Shown in pieces: positions 40,633 through 49,478 of a DNA stretch of 64,000 nt; the first letter of the stretch is position 1, and each line of letters begins with the position of its first letter. This DNA is from Pontiella sp. (GTDB lineage: Bacteria; Verrucomicrobiota; Kiritimatiellia; Kiritimatiellales; Pontiellaceae). Under the pieces are notes generated by a model. The model did no database searches. It worked only from the letters and a program-made list of their open reading frames with translations, and was not told the origin of the DNA. The DNA lies in the NCBI GenBank assembly GCA_050290185.1, contig JBNKHE010000001.1, positions 194,713 through 258,712 on the forward strand, in the 5' to 3' direction. The position numbers were made by a program, and so were the translations under genes.

Positions 40633-40704
40633 TCCACCCCTACCCGACCCAGTCCGAAGCCATCAATCACGTCGCCGGTCTTAACAACCAAACCCGCCTC
40701 ACCC
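40629..40704 (+). pseudogene. 76-bp remnant of the 3' part of the disulfide reductase gene
   Basis: 68/76 nt identical to 38467-38542 (VIHPYPTQSEAI...NQTRLT). Confidence 0.85.
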
Positions 40705-40900
40705 AAGGTCAACGTGTCAGTCGCTCCGCTCGCGTAAGCGCTCTCTACAACAGCGTCGGGCACTGAGGACCGACTTGTTGCGGCGAAGGCGTTCTGGAGT
40801 GCAGCGGCAACCAACGGGCGACGCCGCTTTTCGGATCCAGCGGCTCTGCGCACGGAACGCGGCGGCAACTGAAAGTCGACGCCGCGTCCCAGGATTTCTT

Positions 40901-41953
40901 TTACTTGGAAAACAGGTTCTTGTACTGGCCATAGCCTTCCTTTTCCAGGTCTTCCTTGGGGATGAAGCGCAGGGCGGCGGAGTTCATGCAGTAGCGTTTT
41001 CCGTTCGGCCGTGGTCCGTCATTGAAGACGTGACCGAGGTGCGAATTAGCGTGCTTACTTCTGATTTCCGTTCGTCGGCTGAAGAAGCTGTTGTCTTCCT
41101 TTTCGACGATGTTTTTCGGCTCCAGCGGACGGGTGAAACTGGGCCAGCCGGTGCCGGATTTAAACTTGTCCTTCGAGGAAAAGAGCGGCTCGCCGGATAC
41201 AACATCAACGTAGATGCCCTCTTTATGGTTGTCCCAGTATGCGTTGTGGAATGGCGGTTCGGTGCCGCTTTCCTGGGTGACCCGGTACTGCAGCGGGGTC
41301 AGTTTCTTTTTCAGCTCGTCCTTGGTGTAGGTGACGCGTTTTACGATGTCGGCGGTCGGGTCCATCTTGTCCCGGCCCTTACCCCAGACCTTGTCGAGGT
41401 ATTGGTCGCGCCCCGAACGGCTGCGGTAGTATTTGTACTTGATGGGATGCTCGCTGTGATAATTCTGATGATGATCCTCGGCGCGATAGAATTTTCTAGC
41501 GGGAAGGATTTCAACGGTAACCGGCTTGTTATAAATCCCGGAGTCCTGCAGTTCCTGCTTCGATTGTTCGGCGATCTCTTTCTGTTTGTCATCCTTGTAG
41601 AAGATGACGGGTCGGTATTGCGGGCCGCGGTCGACAAACTGCCCGCCGCTATCCGTCGGATTGATCTGCCGCCAGAATACATTCAGCAGCTGATGGTAGG
41701 TGATTTTGGCCGGATCATAGGTGACTTTCACCACTTCAACGTGGCCCTTTTCTGCATAGTCCCCGTAGGTGGGATCGAGCCCCGTGCCACCACTGTAGCC
41801 GGATACGGCTTCCTTCACGCCCGGCAACTCATCAAACGGGGTTTCCACGCACCAGAAGCAACCTCCTGCAAAAATGGCGGTTTCCGCCATGGGTTCGGCC
41901 GCTTGTAGAATGGATCCTGCAAAGGCCAGTACTGCGATTAAGATATATTTCAT
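40901..41953 (-). CDS. msrAB: Exported bifunctional methionine sulfoxide reductase MsrA/MsrB
   Basis: Signal peptide; MsrA GGCFWC and AEDHHQNY; Msr[21 protein letters not shown]. Confidence 0.95.
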   Translation of the reverse strand: MKYILIAVLAFAGSILQAAEPMAETAIFAGGCFWCVETPFDELPGVKEAVSGYSGGTGLDPTYGDYAEKGHVEVVKVTYDPAKITYHQLLNVFWRQINPTDSGGQFVDRGPQYRPVIFYKDDKQKEIAEQSKQELQDSGIYNKPVTVEILPARKFYRAEDHHQNYHSEHPIKYKYYRSRSGRDQYLDKVWGKGRDKMDPTADIVKRVTYTKDELKKKLTPLQYRVTQESGTEPPFHNAYWDNHKEGIYVDVVSGEPLFSSKDKFKSGTGWPSFTRPLEPKNIVEKEDNSFFSRRTEIRSKHANSHLGHVFNDGPRPNGKRYCMNSAALRFIPKEDLEKEGYGQYKNLFSK

Positions 41954-41980
41954 TTCAAACCTTCCTTTCATCTACTCCTA

Positions 41981-42008
41981 TATTCGGATGTACTGTCTGG
42001 ATGTGACC
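41981..42008 (-). promoter_or_regulatory. Putative ECF promoter of msrAB
   Basis: Minus strand reads GGTCACA-N14-CCGAATA. Confidence 0.65.
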
Positions 42009-42064
42009 GTAAATCGCAGATGATTTTCTCCTCGTCATACGGAAGAGGGTCGGAATAAATATCG

Positions 42065-43315
42065 ATGATGAATTCCACGCAACGTTTGATTTTGTTTACC
42101 CGGCTTCCCCAACCCGGAACGACCAAGACCCGAATGATTCCCCACTTGGGTGCGGAAGGTGCGGCGCAGCTGCAAAAGCAGATGACGGAGCATACGGTTC
42201 GCCAAGCCCGCAAAACCGGTGTGCCGATTGAAATCCGCTACACCGGCGGTTCGGAACAGCAGATGCGCGAATGGCTGGGCGGCGATCTCGATTATGCGGA
42301 ACAGGGCGACGGCGATCTGGGTGAACGCATGCGGCGGACGTTTGAAAAGCATTTTTCAACCCGGGCCGAGCGCGTGGTCATTGTCGGGTCCGACTGCCCT
42401 TCCAATGGCTGGAAAAACATGCAGGAGGCCTTTCGCGCGTTGGAAAACACGGATTGCGTGTTGGGTCCTGCGAGTGATGGCGGATACTATTTGATTGGTT
42501 TGTCTAGGGCTGGGACCGAGATCCAGCCCCTATTTGAGGGTATCGACTGGGGCGGTTCGGATGTATTAGAGCAGACCATGAAGGCCGCCGCCGGGCTTTC
42601 GATTCATCAACTTCAAATGCTTCACGACGTCGATCTACCGGAAGACATTCCTCCCAAGATTTCGGTCGTTATCCCAACCCTGAACGAAGAGACGCATCTG
42701 GCCCAAACGCTGGAACGTGTAGGCGAAGGCTTCAACGTCGAGGTGATCGTGGTGGATGGCGGCAGCACGGACGGAACGCGGGCGATTGCGCCCGATTGCC
42801 TGACGTGTTCGGAGGGACGGGCCGCGCAGCAAAACATGGGGGCAAAGGCAGCTTCGGGGGAACTTCTCCTCTTTCTGCATGCCGATACGATCCTTCCAAA
42901 CGGCTGGGATTGGATCGTGCGCGAAACATTGTCCGATCCGTCGGTCGATCTGGGTGCTTTCACCTTCAAGATCCGCGAGGCTTTCCCGGGGCAAAAGCTT
43001 ATCGAGAATGCCACCAACTGGCGCTCCCGTGTACAGCAGCTACCCTACGGCGACCAGGGGCTTTTCCTGAGCAAGGAAATCTTCGATGCGGTAGGCGGTT
43101 TCACGGATATACCGATCATGGAGGACTACGCCTTAGTTCGTTCGTTGCGCAAACATGGCCGCATCGTCACCGCTCCCGAATCGGCCGTTACCTCCGGCCG
43201 CCGCTGGAAACAGCACGGTGTTTTCAAGGTAACGCTGATCAACAAGCTGATGATCCTTGGTTACCACCTTGGGGTTCCTCCCGCCAAGCTCGCTCAATTC
43301 TATCGAAGTAAATGA
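42065..43315 (+). CDS. Fused TIGR04282-like (DUF2064/CofC-like) and TIGR04283-like glycosyltransferase
   Basis: FTRLPQPGTTKTRM, QGDGDLGERM, GSDCP, GPASDGGYYLIG, DVD..ED; then SVVIPTLNE, FLHADT, PYGDQG, MEDY, TSGRRW. Confidence 0.9.
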   Translation: MMNSTQRLILFTRLPQPGTTKTRMIPHLGAEGAAQLQKQMTEHTVRQARKTGVPIEIRYTGGSEQQMREWLGGDLDYAEQGDGDLGERMRRTFEKHFSTRAERVVIVGSDCPSNGWKNMQEAFRALENTDCVLGPASDGGYYLIGLSRAGTEIQPLFEGIDWGGSDVLEQTMKAAAGLSIHQLQMLHDVDLPEDIPPKISVVIPTLNEETHLAQTLERVGEGFNVEVIVVDGGSTDGTRAIAPDCLTCSEGRAAQQNMGAKAASGELLLFLHADTILPNGWDWIVRETLSDPSVDLGAFTFKIREAFPGQKLIENATNWRSRVQQLPYGDQGLFLSKEIFDAVGGFTDIPIMEDYALVRSLRKHGRIVTAPESAVTSGRRWKQHGVFKVTLINKLMILGYHLGVPPAKLAQFYRSK

Positions 43316-43345
43316 ATTAGGCTTCGCAGTGATGAATTCCCATGA

Positions 43346-43852
43346 TCACGCATTTTGTTTTTCAAAGATACCCAGAGCCCATTCGGTGGCATTTTTCAGA
43401 TCGGTTTCATCGGGATGGCCGGCGGCATCCTTCCATAGTTTCTTGCGCGACTCGGTGGGACCATAGCCGTGATCCTTCGGTAGGGCCTCCATCCATTCAA
43501 TCAGTTCCGGATCGATCGCGCCCTGGCAGATGAAATGGCCAATGATTTCACAATCCGGAATAAGTTTGGCCGTGGCATCAAGGCTTTCGGCCGCATGCTT
43601 GGAATCGGGATAGGCACCGAGAGTGGCAAACAGGGCCACCTTCTGCCCCGAGAGCCGTTTCATATAAAGCTGCATATTTTCATCCGCCGTGCCGTTTTCA
43701 ACCCAGAAGCCAAGCAGGATCAAATCGTAGTTGCACGGGTTGGGAGCCATCTCAACGCGACTTAAATCGGCACAAGGAAGTTCCAAGTGAATGGCTTGAG
43801 CCAATTTACGGGTGTTGCCGGTCTTGCTGGAATAGACGATCAAAGTTTTCAT
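43346..43852 (-). CDS. Flavodoxin family protein
   Basis: YSSKTGNTRKLA FMN-binding loop, GFWV, HPDETD. Confidence 0.88.
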   Translation of the reverse strand: MKTLIVYSSKTGNTRKLAQAIHLELPCADLSRVEMAPNPCNYDLILLGFWVENGTADENMQLYMKRLSGQKVALFATLGAYPDSKHAAESLDATAKLIPDCEIIGHFICQGAIDPELIEWMEALPKDHGYGPTESRKKLWKDAAGHPDETDLKNATEWALGIFEKQNA

Positions 43853-44095
43853 TTAGCTACCTCATTGCGTTGAACGCTGATTTGTTTTCAAAGGGTGTGG
43901 TCTCAGCATTCCTGTCTTGAGTCCCGGCGTCAAGGTTCACCTGACCTGAATGCGTGAAAAAACGCCGAAAATACCCCGCGGGTTTAAAAGGATCGGCCCA
44001 AAAGGACCGTCATACGTGCCATTCCGCCGTAAACCAGCATTCCCAGGAAACCGATGCGGATGAATCTTCGTATCCTATACCTAATAATCTGGATT

Positions 44096-44114
44096 TGTGG
44101 GGAATATCCCCACA
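44096..44114. promoter_or_regulatory. 19-bp palindromic operator (copy 1, perfect)
   Basis: TGTGGGGA-ATA-TCCCCACA. Confidence 0.75.
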
Positions 44115-44156
44115 CGCCACGCGACTCGACTAGTGGACCTAACCAAAGGAGACACT

Positions 44157-45341
44157 ATGCGAGTTATACGAAAAGCCGGATGGCTGTTGTTGATCGGAAC
44201 CGGATTGCTCTGGCCACAGCAGGGATGGGGAACGTTCCAGGGAGGAATTCTGGTATATGCATGGGACAGCAGTTCCGGCCTCACCCCTCCCCCCTCGACG
44301 TCCGCCCAACTTGATACCAATTCTAGCCAATCTTTCGGCACCAACAATCTGATAATATTTGATGGCTATTTCGAGGCCGGAACACATGTGGTTGAGGTAT
44401 CGAGCGGATCCCGCGGATATGTTCCTCGCCCAAGCCCCACCGACCCGGATGCCTTGAGCGATCCCTATTCGGCTTATGGAAATCCTCGCTATGTCCATAT
44501 TTCGGAAACCACGAATCTCGTGCCCGTCAGCTTCCAGTTTGACCCGGTGGTTACAGTTTCGGCGGTGGTGCGCGATGCATGGACCATGGAGCGGTTGGCC
44601 GACGCCTCCATCCAGTTCATCTTCGAAGGATCCACCGATAAAATCACTATTACCAAATACCCTTCAACGGCCACGTATGCATCAAACTGGCTCAGCGATG
44701 CATCGGGGAATTTCCCCACAAACACGATACTTTATCTCCACAATTATGACATACGCATGACCAAACCCGGCTACCTGCCGTTCATTGAAGCCAATGTGAT
44801 CAGCAATGCTCAGCCAGGGGATGTCATCGACCTTGGAACGATTTTCATGGAACCCATCGACAACAATACAAATCAGATTGCCGATGTGTGGGAGGCTGAA
44901 TTTTTTGGAACAAACAGCACTGTCACAGCCGAGGTAGACGTCGATGGAGACGGCATATCGAATCTCGGCGAATACATCACCGGAACCGATCCCACCAACC
45001 AACCGAGTTGCCTGCGGGTTGAGACCTCCCTCGCCACGAATGGGCTTTGGCTTACATGGCCCACGGAACCGGATCACACCTACCGCGTCTGCGGCACCAC
45101 GAATCCATGCGCCGACAGCTGGTTGCAGGTGGGGGGGCCGTGGACCGCCACCAACGGCCAATATGAAATGGTCTGGGCGGAAACCAACATGGATCTAAGC
45201 TGGAATAACGCCTATCGCGTGGAAGTCGTTCCATGCTGGTGGCAAGGAACCAACCAGGTGCTGATCAATACCAACATGCCTGTTTTTAAAGGAGGAACCA
45301 ATACGTGGGGAGGAGATCTAGATCTACCGCCGATCCCTTGA
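44157..45341 (+). CDS. Secreted beta-rich protein (carboxypeptidase-regulatory-like domain, DxDGDG motif, C-terminal module)
   Basis: GGAGA RBS, signal peptide, VRDAWT..L..A.I, YDIRMTKPGY, DVDGDGISNLGEYITGTDP. Confidence 0.75.
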   Translation: MRVIRKAGWLLLIGTGLLWPQQGWGTFQGGILVYAWDSSSGLTPPPSTSAQLDTNSSQSFGTNNLIIFDGYFEAGTHVVEVSSGSRGYVPRPSPTDPDALSDPYSAYGNPRYVHISETTNLVPVSFQFDPVVTVSAVVRDAWTMERLADASIQFIFEGSTDKITITKYPSTATYASNWLSDASGNFPTNTILYLHNYDIRMTKPGYLPFIEANVISNAQPGDVIDLGTIFMEPIDNNTNQIADVWEAEFFGTNSTVTAEVDVDGDGISNLGEYITGTDPTNQPSCLRVETSLATNGLWLTWPTEPDHTYRVCGTTNPCADSWLQVGGPWTATNGQYEMVWAETNMDLSWNNAYRVEVVPCWWQGTNQVLINTNMPVFKGGTNTWGGDLDLPPIP

Positions 45342-45387
45342 GGTTAAATCAGCGTATCCGAAAAAGGCCGTATCGGTGCATATGCTA

Positions 45388-45414
45388 TGTGGGGAAACTC
45401 TCCACAAAGCCTTT
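45388..45414 (+). promoter_or_regulatory. Operator copy 2 / 27-bp direct repeat
   Basis: TGTGGGGAAACTCTCCACAAAGCCTTT, identical to 46453-46479. Confidence 0.75.
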
Positions 45415-45491
45415 TGTTCGCAATCTAGTATTTTTTGCTAGATTAGGTGTCCGTTGCAAACGGAGCACCAACGCATACGAAAGGACCTCAA

Positions 45492-45845
45492 ATGGAAGAG
45501 ACATCGAACCGAAAACTTGGCACCCGAAAAGATGGCAGTCTGTTTGATGAAGCAACCATTGAAGCCGTATGGATAAAAGGGGTGCCCGCGCAGGAAGTTG
45601 ACTCGCTCAGGAAAGACAGATACGGAGCATTAATGGCTCGTTCTGAATATGGCGAAACAACACGCCACGGATGGGAAATCGATCATATCATACCGGTTTC
45701 AAAAGGCGGAACAGACAGTCTGTCCAACCTGCAGCCTCTACATTGGGAAAATAATCGTTGCAAGAGCGATAACCTGCTCGATCTGGACCGCGAAGAATCC
45801 CGTATTCCACACGATACGCATGGTACAGACCGGCCATCATCATAA
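45492..45845 (+). CDS. Small HNH endonuclease family protein
   Basis: WEIDHIIPVSKGG.D.LSNLQPLHWENNR.K; ATG 45492 after AAGGA. Confidence 0.88.
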   Translation: MEETSNRKLGTRKDGSLFDEATIEAVWIKGVPAQEVDSLRKDRYGALMARSEYGETTRHGWEIDHIIPVSKGGTDSLSNLQPLHWENNRCKSDNLLDLDREESRIPHDTHGTDRPSS

Positions 45846-45901
45846 ACAACAAAACCACGCCGTTAGATAAATATTTCAGGGATTGGGATGCTAACAGACA
45901 A

Positions 45902-46432
45902 ATGAACTTCCACGAATCAAGACTCTTAAGAATACGCCCCTTTCGGCAGGCATTGGCTGAGATTTTAATGGCGACGTTTGATCAAATGTCGGATGAAGAA
46001 TGGCTGAATTTCAGGCAACAGCAACTTGTTTTTTTTCAATCCTCCATCCCTCCCAAATCAAGCGAAACACTGAAGAACAAGTGGGATCGAGTGGTTCCCG
46101 CCGGGTGTATCAGCGTCATCAATGCGCAATCGGAATATGTCAGCGCAACGGTCGAAGCAATGATTGAAATAGCGGTTGGGACCCACACATCCAAGTTCAA
46201 TATACCGCTTTCGATTCTGTTGAAAACCACGAGATCCTCCCTTGCAAAAGACGCGGCTGCCCTCCCTCGCAATATCTTCAAGATTGGCATTCATACCATG
46301 GTGCTCACGCGGCTGGCTGCACATGCGCTCGTCCATGAAATACAGGTTGCGTTGACCTCCACGCAAAAGTCCAGGCCCAAGCGACTGGAGGTGGTATTTT
46401 GTATTCTTCCTCCGGAAGTCCTCAATGCATGA
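45902..46432 (+). CDS. Hypothetical protein
   Basis: 176-aa ORF filling the gap; no recognisable motif. Confidence 0.5.
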   Translation: MNFHESRLLRIRPFRQALAEILMATFDQMSDEEWLNFRQQQLVFFQSSIPPKSSETLKNKWDRVVPAGCISVINAQSEYVSATVEAMIEIAVGTHTSKFNIPLSILLKTTRSSLAKDAAALPRNIFKIGIHTMVLTRLAAHALVHEIQVALTSTQKSRPKRLEVVFCILPPEVLNA

Positions 46433-46452
46433 TACCGGTCGTGGCACCCTTT

Positions 46453-46479
46453 TGTGGGGAAACTCTCCACAAAGCCTTT
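46453..46479 (+). promoter_or_regulatory. Operator copy 3 / 27-bp direct repeat
   Basis: Identical to 45388-45414. Confidence 0.75.
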
Positions 46480-46582
46480 GCTTCACCATTGCCAGAAACA
46501 CGTTAGACTCATTCGCATCATTTTACGGCACAGTCAGTAGCTTTCCGGGGATTCGTGTCCCCTTGAAATGGAGAAGGAATAG

Positions 46583-46891
46583 ATGGGACCATTGATGTAC
46601 AGACACCGACCGTACTACACGGCACTGATTGCCGCGGCCGTCGTTCTGGTGTTTGGTATGTGCGTGAGTTGCTGCCTGAAGAATCGGGTTGAGATCGGAG
46701 AGGCCAACCGTTCGACCGTAGCCTTGGTTATCTGTCTGACGGCCGCGATCTCCGGCGCTTTGGTGATCTCCGCCTTTGCCCGCTACACATTCACCCACCT
46801 CTGGAAAACACCCGATCCCGCCTTCGCGAAAAAAAAGCGGCAAAAAGGACGCAGACCGGGATACAACAAACCAGGTCGGGTAGATTCCTGA
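46583..46891 (+). CDS. Small two-TM protein with basic tail
   Basis: AAGGA RBS, two hydrophobic segments, KKKRQKGRR tail. Confidence 0.6.
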   Translation: MGPLMYRHRPYYTALIAAAVVLVFGMCVSCCLKNRVEIGEANRSTVALVICLTAAISGALVISAFARYTFTHLWKTPDPAFAKKKRQKGRRPGYNKPGRVDS

Positions 46892-46913
46892 CAGACATAA
46901 CCACGCACCGGTT

Positions 46914-48656
46914 TTAAAAATGCCAAATCGCTGAAACGAAGAGCTGGTGCTTGGTGACGTCGGAACGGACGGCTTGTCCTGCCAGGAGTGAGTCCCTGAC
47001 GTTGTTGCCTTGCTCAAAGATGTAGGCCACATCCAAAATGGTCTTTCCGGTTTCCTTACCGAGCGAGATCCCTGAACCGAGGCTGAAGCCCCAGTATTCG
47101 TCCGGCGCTCCAACAGCTGGGCGCTGCTCCCAGAACATGCCTCCGCGCAGCGGGATTTCCGTCTGCGACAGCACACACACATACTCACCTCCGAGGCGGA
47201 TGGACCAACAGTCGTCCAGCATTGAGGAGGAATGGGGTTCGCCGTTGACGGGATTTATGCGCGCTTCGCCTTCCGCCTTGTAGCTGTACTCCGACCAATA
47301 CGTTCGGCTAGTATCCATGGAGATATAGAGCCGATCGCTCCAGCGCCACAGGGCACCGACCGACCAGTAGAGCGGGAAGGTATATTCCACATCGCGTGTC
47401 TGGGCATCCCGAAACACGGTGTTGGCCACCTGGACCAGATTGCTATCGAACGTGGAAACCTGATGATCGACTCGCTTGGTCTGCTTGCCATAGCCCGTCC
47501 ATGGCAGATCGACCGTTGCGCCAATCGTCAGCTTTTCGCTAGCGGCCCAGAGCGCACCGAGAGTGGCATTGATGCCATGAAAATCTTCCGTATCATTATC
47601 CTCACGGTATATACCTGCAACCGTATAGGCATCTACCTGCACGTTGGTTTGCACATCGGAAAACGTGTTGGTTACCGTTTCTTCTGGAACAGGAATCGTA
47701 ATTGGATCGGACGGATCACCGGTGTATCGCTCTCCGGAATAGGTATTTACCGCCGTCGAACTGCGTGTGGTAGTGATGTCGGAAATGCTGTCGGACGAGC
47801 CCGAGTATTCCGCAACGAGTGTGGACTCAATCGGATTTCCGCGGCTGGCTCCGTCGGTATAGAGGTTGACTGCGATCCCGAGTGAAAACTGCGGCGTAAC
47901 ATCAAGAGCAAAGGCCGGAGATAATGCATCGATGGTTCCCTCCTGCCTAAAATCGATGCTGGAAAGCAGCGTGGAATTAAGCACTTGATGGATATCGCTT
48001 CGCGCCGCTGTCGTGACATCGGCCACAATTGTCAGGCTCTGGTTGACATCGCTATAATACAGGTTCGTGGACTGAACGAAGGTTTGGTTGATATTGGTGT
48101 CGATATTCTGACTGGCCTGCCCGCTGAAACGGGCCGTAAATTCATAGGTATAATCATAGGCTTCCTGATAGTTGAGGGAAACCACGGCATTGCGGTCGTT
48201 CAGGAGAAATGGATAGACGGCGCTGAGATAGTTGAGTTCGCTACTGGCATAACCATCATCTCCGGATTCCAGTGCACTGGTTTGGGATTCGTGGGCATCT
48301 TTCTCCGCCGAAAAGCGATAGACCGCCGAAACCTCCGGGAATTCAAGCTGCACGAGGCCTGCCGGATTCCACGAAGCGGCCGTCGCATCGTCGGCGACAG
48401 CCGTGAACGCTCCGGCCTGCCCGAGCGCACGCGCACCGGAACCGACCGGGAGCGGTGCGGCGAAAATGGTTGGAGGACGGAAGCCGGCATTGGCCGGCGG
48501 ATCAGGCTCCTCCAGTTGCCCCGTCGGTCCGGCATGGCTGATGTCCAATTCAACCGCTCCCCCCGGCGTCACGATCACCACAGGCACCGCGCGCAGCGCG
48601 CTGGAAAACGCGATGCTGGCAGCAAAAATGACGAAGGATATACGGAACTGCTTCAT
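46914..48656 (-). CDS. Outer-membrane beta-barrel, OmpP1/FadL/PorV-like
   Basis: Signal peptide from ATG 48656; GSGARALGQAGAFTAVADDATAASWNPAGL; C-terminal W-H-F. Confidence 0.85.
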   Translation of the reverse strand: MKQFRISFVIFAASIAFSSALRAVPVVIVTPGGAVELDISHAGPTGQLEEPDPPANAGFRPPTIFAAPLPVGSGARALGQAGAFTAVADDATAASWNPAGLVQLEFPEVSAVYRFSAEKDAHESQTSALESGDDGYASSELNYLSAVYPFLLNDRNAVVSLNYQEAYDYTYEFTARFSGQASQNIDTNINQTFVQSTNLYYSDVNQSLTIVADVTTAARSDIHQVLNSTLLSSIDFRQEGTIDALSPAFALDVTPQFSLGIAVNLYTDGASRGNPIESTLVAEYSGSSDSISDITTTRSSTAVNTYSGERYTGDPSDPITIPVPEETVTNTFSDVQTNVQVDAYTVAGIYREDNDTEDFHGINATLGALWAASEKLTIGATVDLPWTGYGKQTKRVDHQVSTFDSNLVQVANTVFRDAQTRDVEYTFPLYWSVGALWRWSDRLYISMDTSRTYWSEYSYKAEGEARINPVNGEPHSSSMLDDCWSIRLGGEYVCVLSQTEIPLRGGMFWEQRPAVGAPDEYWGFSLGSGISLGKETGKTILDVAYIFEQGNNVRDSLLAGQAVRSDVTKHQLFVSAIWHF

Positions 48657-48658
48657 AT

Positions 48659-48745
48659 TGCGGGGGAATCTACCACAATCGAAGCCGCCCCCAAACGTAC
48701 GAAACATCGGAAAGTCGTTGATTTTTTGTAGGGGATTCCCCCACA
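48659..48745. promoter_or_regulatory. Two operator copies in the barrel/sigma divergent spacer
   Basis: TGCGGGGG-AAT-CTACCACA (48659-48677) and TGTAGGGG-ATT-CCCCCACA (48727-48745). Confidence 0.65.
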
Positions 48746-48863
48746 TTTTCTGCGCGGAAAAAGAATATACTTTCATCGCAACACTGCCATAATTGCTTTG
48801 GTTCTATGTGAATTTAGACGTCCTCTGGTGAGAGCCCAACCAACGAAAAGCTAGACAGTTTGT

Positions 48864-49478
48864 ATGTATAAGATCCATCCAGATTCTGATCAGGAAATCA
48901 TCGATGCGATACGCGGAAAAAATCGCCTCGGGTGGGAGCTTTTGTTCGCCCGGTACGATCCGCTCATTCAATCCATCGCACGATGGCCCAAATGGAATTT
49001 GTCGGAAGACGAGCAACAGGATGTCTGTCAAAACATCCACATGCATCTCCAGACCGCCCTGCCGACCTTCAGGCAGCAAAGCTCGCTCTCATGGTTTATC
49101 AAGAAAATCGCCATGCGCCAATGCGTCAACGAAATTCGGCGGCAGAAGCGCTGGCGAACCGTCATGACACCATCCATGCAGAAAACGACCGACGGAAACT
49201 GGAATGAGATGGAGTTTGCGTCTACCCCAGACAACGACCCCTATAACGAAGCCGTCCAGCACGAACGACAACGACTCCTCGAGTCAGCCCTGCAGCATTT
49301 ACAGCAGACCTGCAAAGACAGCATCCGCATGTTTTATCTGCAACACCTCTCCTACCGGGAAATGTCCGAACAACTTGGAATAGCCGTTAATACCGTCGGC
49401 AGTCGGCTCTCCAAATGTCTCGACAAACTTCATCACGAACTCCGGCAACATCCATCGTTCGAAAGGGCTGAGCAATGA
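48864..49478 (+). CDS. ECF sigma-70 factor
   Basis: QDVCQNI region 2; SYREMSEQLGIAVNTVGSRLSKCLDKL region 4. Confidence 0.9.
   Translation: MYKIHPDSDQEIIDAIRGKNRLGWELLFARYDPLIQSIARWPKWNLSEDEQQDVCQNIHMHLQTALPTFRQQSSLSWFIKKIAMRQCVNEIRRQKRWRTVMTPSMQKTTDGNWNEMEFASTPDNDPYNEAVQHERQRLLESALQHLQQTCKDSIRMFYLQHLSYREMSEQLGIAVNTVGSRLSKCLDKLHHELRQHPSFERAEQ

Noticed and set aside
31200..43315. Selenocysteine (UGA) read-through in the rSAM, ArsM, Prx-like or Trx-like genes
   Set aside because: All redox motifs use Cys codons and these ORFs end in TAA or TAG at expected lengths; no internal TGA was seen.
43860..44050. FMN or cobalamin riboswitch upstream of flavodoxin
   Set aside because: The conserved aptamer segments were not found; only a short stem and a palindrome are present.
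46442..46456. Sigma54 promoter (TGGCAC)
   Set aside because: The -12 TTGC element is missing at the required spacing.
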